DNA of 64,000 nucleotides. Source: Bilabrum cf. latius. Taxonomy: Eukaryota. Below the pieces are notes generated by a model, which did no database searches, was not told the DNA's origin, and worked only from the letters and a program-made list of their open reading frames with translations. Both the position numbers and the translations under genes were made by a program. The stretch is taken from NCBI GenBank assembly GCA_965178125.1, contig OZ237749.1, positions 1,116,001 to 1,180,000 on the forward strand, read 5' to 3'. Below are positions 12,951 through 24,803 of the stretch, one piece after another; within the stretch, counting starts at the first letter, position 1, and the number at the start of each line of letters is the position of its first letter.

Positions 12951-15032
12951 ATGGCCGATTTTATGAAACTGTAGTTATAGAAACACGCGTAGGCGCAGAA
13001 GGATGACAATCCAGAGGGTGAGATGCGTTGATTTCATCGCTATGAATTCCAGTGCCCTGGTTGCGCAATTCCGATCCGCAATTATCCACCCCACTGTGTT
13101 TTGGCACCCATCGCAGCCAAATTCTGGCAGAGATTTCGCATGCCAGAGGTCAAGCAGCAGAACGGTCCCGTGACGCACGTGGACTTCTGTGAATCGGCAC
13201 CCATTCGTCTTGTTTCAACTAGCTCACTGCAACTCGGTGTTTTCTCTGCTGGAGACTTCTCATCGTACCGAGTTTACACTTCGTTTAGAGACATAGCAAT
13301 AGGGGGGTCCTTTAGGAGGGATGGCAGCCTTTTGGCTGCTGGCGGTCGAGAAGGACGGCTGAGGATTTTCACGGTTGCACAGCGAGGCGTTCTTCGCAGC
13401 CTGGTGGCTCATGGCGGTGCAATGCACGTTGCCAGGTTCTCTCACGCCGGGCAGCACGTCTTGTCCGGGGGTGACGATAGAAAGATCAAGCTGTGGGATA
13501 TCTCGACTGGCCTTGCGGTGTGCGAGCGTGAGGCTCACGGGGACTACGTCCGCTGCGCCAGTCCCTCTGGCGCTTCGAGCCAGGGATGGGCCACTGGGGG
13601 CTTTGACCACAGGGTGCGACTCTGGGACCTGCGAGCCGCATCGTCGTCGAGCAGCTCCTCTTCCGCGTCGTCCAGCAGCGCCTCCTCGAGGTCAGGTGGC
13701 GCGACCCTCGACCTGGACCACGGACACCCCGTCTCTGCCATCCAGTACCTCAGGGGCGGCTCTCTGATCGCCTCTGCGGGCGGTCCGGAGGTGAAGGTGT
13801 GGGACTTGGTGGCGGGGGGCCGCTTGCTGTGCTCGCTCAAGGCCCACCAGAAAGGGGTCACCTCATTGGCCCTGGATGGCACGGGGTCCAGACTGCTCAG
13901 CGGCTCGCTCGATGGGACCATCGCTTCCTACTCGCTGTCCGATTTCTCTATCACACACAGAATGCGGCATGCCGCTCCCGTGCTATCCCTGGCGGTGTCT
14001 CAGGACAACAGCGCACTGGCCATAGGCGGGGAGGACGGCTCGCTGGCCCTGAGGCGCAGGGTGGCGCGCGCGGAGGAAAAGGCGGAGGAGAGGGGGCGGC
14101 TGGCCATCATCCGAGGGGGCACGCAGCGGTTCTTTCTCCGGGGCAAGGGGGCGGAGGCCAGGGCAGACGACATGGTTGTGCAGGGACAGCGCAAGCCCCA
14201 GCTGCAGGCCTATGAAGTGCTCCTCAAGCGATTCGAGTATGGGGCCGCGCTGGATGCCGCGCTGCAGCAGGGCAACCCGCTGGTCGCGAGCTCGCTGCTG
14301 GCGGAGCTGGCAAGGAGGGGGGGCCTCCGGGCGGCTCTTTCCGGGCGTGATGATGCGGAGCTGGTCCCAGTGCTGGCCTTCATCACAAGGTATGTGGCGC
14401 ACCCGAGGTACTCTAGCAGCATGCAGACCGCCGCCCACGTGGTGCTGGACCTGTACGCGCCCGCCATGGGCAGGGCTCCCGCGGTGGACCGCCTGTTCGC
14501 GGCGCTGTATTCCAAGCTGGAGAGCGAGATCAAGCTGGAGCAGGAGCTGCTGAGGCTGCAAGGTGTGGTGGAGGCGCTGCTGGGGGCGCACGCGGCTGGG
14601 GCGCGCTAGGGGGTGTCGGGGGGAGTCGAGGAGGGGGAGGAGGAAGAGGAGGGGGAAGTAGAGGGGAGCGTGGGTGCCAGGACAGGGTCTGCTGGATCGG
14701 CTCGGGGTGGGCATGCCGAAGGTGAAGGTGTTGCGTCGGCGCCTGGCCTGCCGTCCACTGCTGGATCTGCGGTTGACAGCCTCGGCGGCGGGTCGAGGTT
14801 GAGTTAGAGGGCAGGCGACAGTGCCAAGAGCACAGCAACAGCTGGCAGTGGATCATCTGCAGCTGCAGCCCCGCAGTCCGACATGCTTCCTGCTCTAGAC
14901 GAGGCCACCGCGCAGCTCGCCAAGCGGGGAGACGACGGCCTCTTGTCGCCTGCTGGCGGTGCAGGCTCCTCAGCCTCTGCCTCGGGGGGCAGGGGCACCA
15001 AGCGAAAGAGAAGGCAGAAATCAAAGGCGTGA
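12951..15032 (+). CDS. UTP15: U3 snoRNP-associated protein UTP15 (WD40 plus UTP15 C-terminal domain)
   Basis: FRRDGSLLAAG, HGDYVRC, LDHGHPV, ALSGRD..ELVPVLAFI. Exon 1 is 12951-13017 with TAGs at 12972, 12978 and 12990. Intron 13018-13116. Further TAGs at 14607 and 14805. Ends TGA. Confidence 0.9.
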
Positions 15033-15109
15033 TTCGCTTGAGGTGCTAGAAGCGGAAACAGTTTGCTGCCGTTGAAGTCAAAATGCAGCGATTGACCTGT
15101 GTTTGTTGC

Positions 15110-17993
15110 TCACGGCTTGGCAGGAGGAATGCGCGGCACTAACGCTTCCCACCACTACCTGGCAGCGCGGTCCAAATCGTTGCCTCCCAGTACCCCAACA
15201 CCAACCCCTCCCGCGCCCTTGCCCTTGGCCTCACTCTTGCCGCCGCTGGCCGCGTGCAGCTCCACCACCAAGCGGGTGGTGGCTCGCCAAGCCCCCGTCA
15301 CCCATGCGCGCACAGCCGACGCATACGACGAGCCAGCAGCCCCTGCCCCTCCCCCTGCCCCTGTTCCTCGCCTCTGCGTTCCCAGGGCGCAGGCAGCGTG
15401 CGCCTGGACCACGCGCAGGGCCGTCTCCTGGCTCCAGCCCGGCGCAGGTACGCCTGGTCCGGCGGCGGCAGCAGCAGACTTGCACGCCGACACGTTGCTC
15501 TGCTGCCCGCCGCCATGCCCAGCCAGCTGCGCCAGAGCCGCTACAAGCCCAGCCGCCTACTCCACGTCCCCCCGGGAGTGACCCTGCACCAGCCGCTCCA
15601 TGACCCCGCTGGGAGCAACGTCCCCCTCAGCCCCTGCTTGCTCCCCACCGTGCGATGCCCGCTGGTTCATTCGCACTGCTCGGCTGGCGCACTGCATTGC
15701 AGCGGCAAGCACTGCCTCGCCCGATGGCCTCCCATCGGCACCTGGTGCCTCGCCCCCCCCTCCTTGCCTTCCCCTGCCATTCCTAGGCAGCGGCGGTGCA
15801 GGTCCAGCGGAGGCGGATGGAGCAACCGCTCCACGGGCAGCCACAGCCTGGGATACCTTCGCTGCAGTGCCTGCGAATGCACTTGCACGTCCGTGAGCGC
15901 CGCCCAGCTCCTTGTGCTTGTCCTTCCGCTGCCTGTCTGCGGCTGCCTGCAGCAGAGACTGCACCGAGGAGGAGGAGGCTGCGATCGGGCTGCGGCCGGG
16001 CAGCTGCCCATTCGCTTGAGGGGTCTAGGAGCTCGATGTCTGCCTCTGGAGCGCTGCACCCGCGGGGGACACCAACGCACCCACACTTTGGACACTCGTG
16101 GCAGAAGGGATCAGCTTGCTGGCTGCAGCGGGGACAGGCTGGGCTGATCCAGCTCCTGTAGCTGCTGTGTTTGCTGTTGTGGCTGCTGCGCTGGCTTTGC
16201 TCGAGTTAGCGGCGGCTGCTGCTGCTGCTGCTGGGGCTGGACTTTGGGGGAGGCGTGGGGGTTTGTTGCTCTTGAGCGCCTTGTGCTGCTTCGCTTGCTG
16301 CTTCCAAGCCGCCACCAGCGCCCGTGCACGAACGCCCACTCTATCGTCCTCCTCCCCGTCCATCATAGGGCCGGCAGCAGCACCACTGCCGGGGCCCGCA
16401 GGTTCACCTATTCCGCGCACCGCCTCCACCAGCTTGCCCTTTACGCAGGTGACCATCCCGAGTTCCTTCCATGCAGCAGCGGCCTCCTTCAGGGCAGCGA
16501 GCACAGCCTCGTCTGACCCCGCGCTGTGCAAGGCGCGGACTATCTTGTGCACGCGGGTCAGCCCACCGCTGGCGCTGGTGCTGATTCCTGCGTTTCCTGT
16601 CGCACTAGATATCCTTGCTTTCTTGGCAGACCGACCCTGCTGTCTGGCCTTGGATGTTCCACCACCCCCTCCATCCCTGCCCTTGCCCCTTCCCTTTGCT
16701 CCCGCAGACCCGGGGCGGGCCCGCTTGGCTCCAGCCCCTGGACCGGTGCTCGGTGCTGCATCGCTTTCGTTTCCGCTGTCATCGCCCACGCTCGCTTCGC
16801 TGTCCGACTCCGGAGAGGTCGAGGGGACAGCAGCAGCAGCGGCCTTCTTTGCTTTTGCTTGCACACCAGACTGCTTACCCACCGCACCCAGCTCGGGCTT
16901 GGGTAACCCCTGCTTGCCCCTCTCGGGCTTGGGTAACCCCTGCTTGCCCCTCGCCTTTGCGCTGGACCTCCCCCCCCCTATCGAGTCGCTACCCTTTGGT
17001 GGAGCCTTTTTCTGCGTAGACGTCTTCGGCAGTGTCTTCCTTGCCGCACCCGCATCGGCCTTGGAGCTCCCCCCCTTGCGCTTGGACTCGGTCATGGACT
17101 TGCCAGCTGCCGCTTCAGCCACACCCGAACCATTTTCTTCCTCTTCCTCTTCGTCATCACTACTATCCTCCACTTCCTCCTCCTCCTCCTCCTCCTCCTC
17201 GGACTCCTCCGAATCGTCCTCGGTGTCGTCCAGCCGGGGCTGGAAGTAGTCCTCCACAAGCCGCCTCTCGTCCGTATCCTCGGCTGCTTTCAAACGTAAG
17301 GCAAGTAGTGCCTCCTTTGCGGGCCTGCCACTGTGGTATGCCTCTATGGAACAGCCTCGCATGCCAGGGCCCTGCTGCAGGTCTCGCTTCGCGTCTTTCA
17401 CGCCTTGCTTGAACTTGTCAAAGGGACTGGGGCGCTTTGGTTTGCCAGACCGCATTATTCCTCTCTCTAGCTTAGCAAGCCGAGCTTCTGGGCTGGCTCC
17501 TGCCTTCTTTTTGCTTTTTCCTTTGCCGCGGACAGCTTTTGGGGCTATCAGCAGCGGCGATCCATCGTCAGAATTGCAAGGCCACTATTCAAAGTTGCCG
17601 ACTGGTATGACAGCCCTGCGCAGAGCGTAAATACGCGACACAAATGCTCACAAGCTCATTGCAATTACCGCCACGAACTTCGTTTGGACGGTGCATTTGC
17701 ACTCACAATTCGTGCGTGCCATAGAATCGAACGATAGAGCACGTCGTCTTTGATGCCGCTGCCATTCGCATGATCTCGTCCTTGTTGTCTGGGGGTATTG
17801 CTTCCTTGGGAATAACTAGCGATGGCCACTGCGCGGTGAGATCGGCGTACTTCTGAGACCGAGTGCCATTGATTCCGATTCGCAAGCTAGAATGTCGAAT
17901 TATACAACTCACAAATGGGTAAGATGAATACCAAGCCCATCCAACCTCCCAATCCGAAGGAATACTCGCCGATTTCGCTGCAGCTGCCGCCAT
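15110..17993 (-). CDS. PWWP-domain chromatin protein with a TFIIS-N/IBD-like helical region
   Basis: Spliced N-terminus reads VGWAWYSSYPF-WPSLVI...IVRFYGTHELA (PWWP pattern). Introns 17829-17912 and 17616-17706. TAGs at 17585, 16025, 15557 and 15155. Ends TGA. Confidence 0.7.
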
Positions 17994-18153
17994 TGGGCTG
18001 AAGACGACGGATAACTGCATGGTAATAAAAAAAGGGGGTGAGACCCTATAACGTGTAGTTTTATTGTCCGATTCGGAAAAACAATAAAAATCCAGAGTTT
18101 TCGTCGGTCGAACGCTGCTTTTATAGCGTCAATTTCCATATACATTTGTAGTA

Positions 18154-21100
18154 ATGGATGCGCTTGAGTTGTTTGATACTGGATCGGTGCCTGCTGAAGA
18201 TGGAAACGAAGGAGGGAAGTACGCCGGTTGCGATGCAAGCTGCTCAGCAACGTCCATCGTCGGCGGTGGTGCAACAGCAGCCCTTTCTCAATAGAATACA
18301 CTAAAGTAGCAGCTATAGCGTAATTTCAAGACAAAATGTATGTAGTTAGTTATATCTGTGGCATCAGAATTTGGAGGAATTGCCGCAGATCTTGTTAGGG
18401 CGCATGCATCGCCCAGCGCAGCTGGTCGAGCTTCTTGTGGATCAAGGTTGCCAGTTGTGCATATGCATGGAGCTGCGCATTACTCAAGGGAAGAAATGCA
18501 AGCATTTGTTGCTGCTTTGATGATAAAAGTGTGAGTTTCGGACAGGGTGACACCGATCAAGACCCATCGTCTCCGCTTGGTGCCAAGTTGCACCTTGATA
18601 CGCATGGCTCATGTTTCAACGAAAGAACTTGCTCGACTCCAGGTTCGACTCGACGCAGATCACCGTATGTAGTATGCGTGTCAAGCGATGACTGCCGCAG
18701 CGGCGGAAGACCGCTTGAGCGAGCAGCTGCCGGGCTGCTGGCCAGAGAAGCTCGGTGTCGGGCGCAGGCCAGCCTCGCTCAGTTCGAGCACAAGTGGCGA
18801 TCGGGGAGCAAGCAGCACAGAAAATCAGCACCCGGTCAAAGTGAGTTTGGCCGCGCTGCCCGCGAAGCAGTGGCTGGGGCCCGCGAGGCCTTGCGCCGCC
18901 AGATGCACGGCGGCCTCTCGCCTCTGCAGTAGCTAGGGCGCTGGTACAGCGGCACACACGGAGCAAAGGGCGACGGTGGACCACCAGTTGTCTTTGTGAT
19001 GGCTCCTGGGTGCATGTCCAGGCCAGAAGGAGAGCGAGTGCTGCTCGCCCTGGCGGCAGCGCGCCGCGCCATGGACCCCAGCGTGCGGCTGCCAGCAGTG
19101 GCCGTGCTCCTGGGGCACGAGGACCCGAGGACCTTGCGGGTGGGGCTGCTGCGGGAGTGCACCCTCGTGCCTGTGGGGTGTGACGATTGCACCGATCATC
19201 TGGAAGACACGACCAGCAAGCTGGTTGCAGCAGCGCTTCCGGTGGAGGTGCCCTCGGGCTTGCGGGCCAGCGTGCGGGCGCTGGCAGAGGGACTCGAGGG
19301 ATGGGGCGCAGGAGGGGGGCGCGGGCGCTGTGTGCTGAAAGCTGCTGAGATGATTCTAGCGAGGCAGATGGCTGTTGCCGGTCCTTTGAGCGCATTGCTG
19401 CGCGAGTTCTGGATTGAGCCATGCCTGGAAAAGCAGGAGGAGGAGGAAGTGGAACAGACAGCTCTGGGTGAAGGCGCTGGACTGGGACTGGGACTGGGAC
19501 TGGAAAAGCAGGAGGAGGAGGAAGTGGAACAGACAGCTCTGGGTGAAGGCGCTGGACTGGGACTGGGACTGGGACTGGAAAAGCAGGAGGAGGAGGAAGT
19601 GGAACAGACAGCTCTGGGTGAAGGCGCTGGACTGGGACTGGGACTGGGACTGGGACTGGGAGAGCAGGAGGAGGAGGAAGTGGAACAGACAGCTCTGGGT
19701 GAAGGCGCTGGACTGGGACTGGTATAGGGAGAGTCGGAGAGCGTCCAGTCGAGCCGAGGTGCGCTTGAGAGGTGGAGCTTGAGGCTGGCTGGCCTGGTGC
19801 TGGCCGAGCCGGCCTGCAGGAATGCGCTTCTGGCGCTTCCGTCAATTCGCACTGCCATGACGCGTGGGCAGGGCGTGGCTCGTGCGGGATCAACAATATC
19901 AAGCACCAATGCCAGCACCAGTGCCGCCACACTGTCTGGCAGCAGTGGTCCAGCTGGTGCAACAGCACCTGCAGCAGCCCGAGTGAGGCCTGGGGTCAGC
20001 AGACGGGGTGCGATGCTGGCTGCGGCTGCACTCGGCTCCAAGCGGGCTCGAAGTGCGGACTCGGGGGCAGGTGCAGCGGCAGGCAGCGGTGCAGGAGAGT
20101 CGGCCAAGGGAAAGGGCAAGGGTAAGAAGCGCAGGACGGAGGCAAGCACGCCCAAGAAGGGCAAGAAGGACGTGGAGGCCTCTTTGGCAGTGTGGTTCGG
20201 TGGGCTGGAGGACGGGGGGGACGAAGGGCCGGAGGGCCCCGGGGGAGGGGTTGCGGGGCATGCAGGGGGCCTGGGTCTGGGGCGGGCCAGAAGGAGACTG
20301 GTGGCCGGGGCAGGGGCCGAAGGAGCTGGGCTTGCAGTCCACAGCCAAGCCGCGCTCGATGCCTCTGTAGCCGCCTCTAGCGCGCTGCTGTCCAGACAGG
20401 AGGCAGTGGCCCGCGCCCTACAGCTACAGATGCACCCTGGAGACGTGCCTCCCGCGGGGCCGTGCCGCTGTGTGCCCGCCCCTGTGGATCTGCTAGCGTC
20501 GTCCGACTTGGACGAGGCAGCGGGCCTGACGGACTATCATCATGCCCAAGGCTTGCGGGGCCCCATTTCCCGCGAGCAGCTGGCCTCCTGGCTCAAGGAC
20601 CATGCGGTGCGCAGGTGGGTCCAACCGGCGGTGCGGCAATGCGTCCGTATTGCGGCACAGGCCGGCGCCAGCGGCAGGGACGGGCGTGCTGGCGGGCCAG
20701 CTAGCCTCCTCGACAGCGCCGAGCGATTCCTGCGGGTGGATGCCACTCATGACGGGGCCGTGGTCCTGGCGGGGCGCATGAGAGCTGTTCTGCTGCTGGC
20801 GCATAGGTGGCCAGGGCGAGCTTTCTAGTGCGGGCTGGAGCCGAGAAGGCACCTGCGCACGGAGATCGCCGAGCTGGATGCCTTGCTGGAAGAGGCACGA
20901 GCAGCCGCTGCATCCTCCCAGCACAGAGACGGGTCCATGCGAGGCTCTCGCTCTCGAGGTCGAGGCACCCAAACGAGCAAGAAGAAAATGGAAAAGAGAA
21001 GCAATGAGGAGCGCCAGAGCCAGACGGGTGCGGGAGACTTCTATGGGGCCCCACCCACTTCCGGCAAAGGTTCGGTTGGCAATCAGCTGGCAGATTGGCT

Positions 21101-21662
21101 GGTTCGCACGCACCGCCGTTTTTTATCTGATAGCAGTGCCCGTGCCATGCCCCTGCACGAAGTGATGGTACTGGGCGAGGGGGCGGTGCGAGGAGGCATA
21201 GAGGAGGCAAGAGAGACGGGTGATGCGGTGGCATGCACGCGGCGGGAGCTGCTGCGGCCTTCGGAGCGACTGGGGGCGCAGCGCGGGCCCATGCACTCTC
21301 TGTGGCCGGATGCGAGCGTGCTTGCAGGGGTGCTGGAGGGGAAGGGCAGGTTCGCGTCAATGCGGGGCGTGCTGGGGGAGTTCGGAGACGCCGTCACGGG
21401 GCGAGCACGGGCAGGGGCAGGGGCAAAGGATGCGGTTGGGTCAGGTAAGGGGGCAGGGCAGGGCGCCGGTGTGCAGCCCGAGCCCGATGCAGTGGTGGCT
21501 CGCTTCGGGCGCGCGCTGGAGGGACTGAGGGCGCAGGGTATGGTGGGGGCGGCGGGCAAGGGGGGCAGGGCGAGGAGGGTGCTAGCCAAGGGACCCGGGG
21601 GGCTGTCTGTCGGGGCGGAGAGCTGGCAGCGAAGGGGCAACGGGCGCGCGGGTGGGAGATGA
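18154..21662 (+). CDS. ORC3: Origin recognition complex subunit 3 (divergent)
   Basis: PYVVCVSSDDC, L.RWY, PPVVFV, PLHEVMV and C-terminal ARFGRALEGLRAQGMV resemble ORC3 motifs. Intron starts ~18531; acceptor is 18625 or 18658. Seven TAGs. Ends TGA. Confidence 0.7.
19425..19722 (+). repeat. Coding tandem repeat, 4 x ~75 bp (LEKQEEEEVEQTALGEGAGLGLGLG)
   Basis: Near-identical units begin at 19425, 19500, 19575 and ~19656. Confidence 0.92.
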
Positions 21663-21775
21663 GGTGAAGCTGGCACTGGCTGCGTTTCAATAACAAAATG
21701 AGGTGAAGCTGGCACTGGCTGCGTGTCACGCACAAAATGAGGTGAAGCTGGCACTGGCTGCGTGTCACGCACAAA
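21659..21775. repeat. Tandem repeat, 3 x 39 bp, overlapping the ORC3 stop codon
   Basis: atgaggtgaagctggcactggctgcgt(t/g)tca...caaa at 21659, 21698 and 21737. Confidence 0.92.
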
Positions 21776-22040
21776 GTGCGCGCCAACCGAAATGAACAAG
21801 ATATTTTAAAGACCTGTAGATCTATGCAAGTGCTCCTACGAAGTCTTATGCACGATCGATCGAGCACCCACTTGGATAAATCGATCGACCCAACGTGGCC
21901 AGAAGTCGTGGTTGCCAGTGGCTCCATGCAGCGCCCCCGCATCCTCATGAACATGCAAGTGATCCCACTGCATTGCTGGCAGAGACTGGGGCTCAGACCC
22001 AACTGTGAACCGCCGCGCATCACTGATGGCATGATTCATC

Positions 22041-22856
22041 TCAATTCCACTGCGAGGCCCCGCCGAGCTCAATGGCCTCCATCTCCGCTTCCGATAGCTC
22101 TTTGCGCAAGAACAGCGGAGGCATGTCTAGCCAGTCCACTTCGGCCTTGCTCGGGGGCTCTGGTCGGGCTTCGTACGCCGCTGCCGAGCTGGGGCCGGCC
22201 TGGCTGCTGGCGCTGCTGCTGCCCCGGCCCTTGGACTGCACGGCCTCTCGGTTGGCCTTTCCGTGCCTGAACTGGATCAGGGGGACGCGGGCCCCGTGCT
22301 GAGAATCAGAAGGGGCAGAGGCGCTGCTTGTAGATGGGGATGACGCTGGCGCAGGGGCTGGGCTTGGCGCTGGGCTTGGCGCTGGGGCTGGTGCCGGGGC
22401 CGGTGCCGAGGAGGCCGCCTGCCCGTTGCCATCTGTATCCAAATCGAACAGCTGAGAGCCAACTTCAACGACTTCGCCTTCGTTGGCAAAAATTGTCTTG
22501 ACTGTTCCGGACTGTGGCGATCGAACGTCCACCGTGACCTGCATAGGAGAGAGGTTTCAATATTTGCGGCACCAATGCTACCAACGGCTCACGTAGCAAA
22601 GCAGACAAGTAGTGCAACGGGAACAACGCACCTTATCGGTTTCAATTACCATAATAACATCATCGGCTTTGACTGAGTCTCCAGACGCGGCGTGAACCTC
22701 AAGAATGGAGCCCTCTGTGATGCTGTCGCCAAGGCCGGGCACTGGAACGTTCACAATCGCCATCCATCGCCTTGACCCAGCCAGGGCTCCAAAGACAGAT
22801 CGGCTGGACAAGATACACTATCTAGAAAATAATCTTTGGCCTGCACGAAGAGCCAT
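22041..22856 (-). CDS. Mitochondrial lipoyl-domain protein fused to an MRPS36/KGD4-like C-terminus
   Basis: Presequence-like MALRAGQRLFSR*CILSSR (TAG at 22818). Lipoyl domain GDSITEG...IETDK|VTVDV, intron 22539-22631. Pro/Ala linker, then RVPLIQF...RKELSEAEMEAIELGGA. No E2 catalytic domain. Ends TGA. Confidence 0.8.
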
Positions 22857-22995
22857 CTCGTTTCGAAGCGTGGGTTTTTGGGTGTGCGAAAAACCGGACG
22901 AAACAGCACTGCACATTGATTGGAAAATACAGATTTTGTGCTAATCCGATCCGAGGACCACCAAATACACTATCGTCTTTAGGTACCTTAAGGAA

Positions 22996-24338
22996 ATGTC
23001 GCATCGCAAGTTCGAAGGTGAGATGTAAAATATGTAGAATATTCCAGATATTTTAGCATGAGAAGCGCAGCCACGGCTGCGTGGTTAAGTAGATGTGCTA
23101 GCTGTGATTTGTTGGTCTCACTCACTTCTGTTCCTACTGCAGCTCCCCGCCACGGATCTCTGGGCTTCCGCCCGCGCAAGCGCACCAAGAAGCACCGTGG
23201 CAAGATCCGCGCCTTCCCTCGCGATGATGCGTCCCAGAAGCCTCACCTGACGGCGTTCATGGGCTACAAGGCCGGAATGACCCACGTCGTGCGCTACGTT
23301 GAGCGCGTCGGCTCGCAGCTGAACAAGCGCGAGGTTGTGGAGGCAGTCACCATCATTGAGTGCCCTTCCATCAAGGTGGTGGGCCTCGTTGGCTACGTGG
23401 AGACCCCCCGCGGCCTGCGCACCCTGACCACCGTCTGGTCGCAGCACCTGTCGGAGGAGTTCAAGCGCCGCATGTACAAGAACTGGTGCCGGTCCAAGCA
23501 GAAGGCTTTCACCAAGTACAGCGAGAAATACGACGCTGCCCGCAAGGGATCCGAGGTGGACGCCGAGATCCAGCGCATCAAGGACTACTGCCAGGTCGTG
23601 CGCATCGTGGCCCACACCCAGCTGAGCAAGCTGCCCAACCTGCGCCAGAAGGCCGCACACGTGTTCGAGATCCAGGTGAACGGTGGCGCCAACGCCGCCG
23701 AGAAGGTGGACTACGTGCTGAACGATGCCAAGCTCTTCGAGAGCGAGGTGAACGTGGGCGACCTCTTCACCGAGGGCGAGTTCATCGACACGATCGGAGC
23801 CACCAAGGGACATGGTATGGAGGGCGTGGTCACCCGCTGGGGCGTCAAGCGCCTTCCCAGGAAGTCCCATCGCGGTCTCCGCAAGGTGGCCTGCATCGGT
23901 GCGTGGCACCCTGCCCGCGTAGGATACCAGACGGCGCGTGCCGGCCAGCGCGGGTACCATCACCGTACTGAGCAGAACAAGCGCATCTACCGGATCGCCA
24001 CTCCCCCCACGTTCGAGGAGCAGGCCGCCGGCAAGAAGGACACCACCGCCACCACGGACCAGGACCTGACCGAGAAGGGCATCAACCCCCTGGGCGGATT
24101 CCCCCATTACGGTGTGGTGCGCAACACGTGGGTCATGATCAAGGGCGGCGTCGTCGGATCCAAGAAGCGCCCCGTCACCCTGCGCAAGTCCATCGTGGGC
24201 CGCACGCGCGGAGACAAGGAGCCCGTCAACCTGCGCTTCATCGACACCGCCTCCAAGTTCGGCCACGGCCGCTTCCAGACTGGCGAGGAGCGCGCCAAGT
24301 TCTACGGCAGCAAGAAGGCCGATGGTACCACCGAGTGA
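22996..24338 (+). CDS. RPL3: 60S ribosomal protein L3 (uL3)
   Basis: [47 protein letters not shown]. Intron 23018-23142. No TAG. Ends TGA. Confidence 0.98.
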
Positions 24339-24803
24339 ATGTCTCCCTGGGCATGATCTTGCTCGCCCGGCGGTGGGCCTCGTGCTGGCTGCTCGGGCGC
24401 ACGCGTGTCTCTGGCTGTTTTGTTGCTTGACAGGAAAACTCGGATTCACGAACGATACCTTTCAACATGCTAGCAAGATGAGTTCATGCGTGCAAATGCA
24501 ATCAAGCAAGGCTTTAAGTCTATCGTCGCGCCCACCGAGAGCGAGTGAGAGTCGCCAGCGAGGTGCAAGGAACTGCAGCGGCTGGATCCCATAATGTGCG
24601 GGCACTAACGAGTTTGGTACTGATGAAGCCACGAATCGGATTCGTAGTCATGCTTGCTGTGTAACTCAATCAAGCCATCACCGCTCCAAATCTCGCGTAG
24701 CTGCATACCAGTACGCTGCGCGCCCGTCTCGGCGCTTGTCCGCGAGCGTGCACTTCGCGGCACGAATGGGCAGGTTGCACAAGGCCTCTACCATATGATC
24801 GGC

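Noticed and set aside
21659-21775. CRISPR array
   Set aside because: The units are contiguous with no unique spacers, the context is eukaryotic, and there are no cas genes.
23118-24449. Long antisense ORFs (443 aa opposite RPL3; also 8886-10244, 16098-17249, 48749-49888)
   Set aside because: Shadow ORFs expected from high GC3 codon bias opposite real genes; no recognisable motifs.
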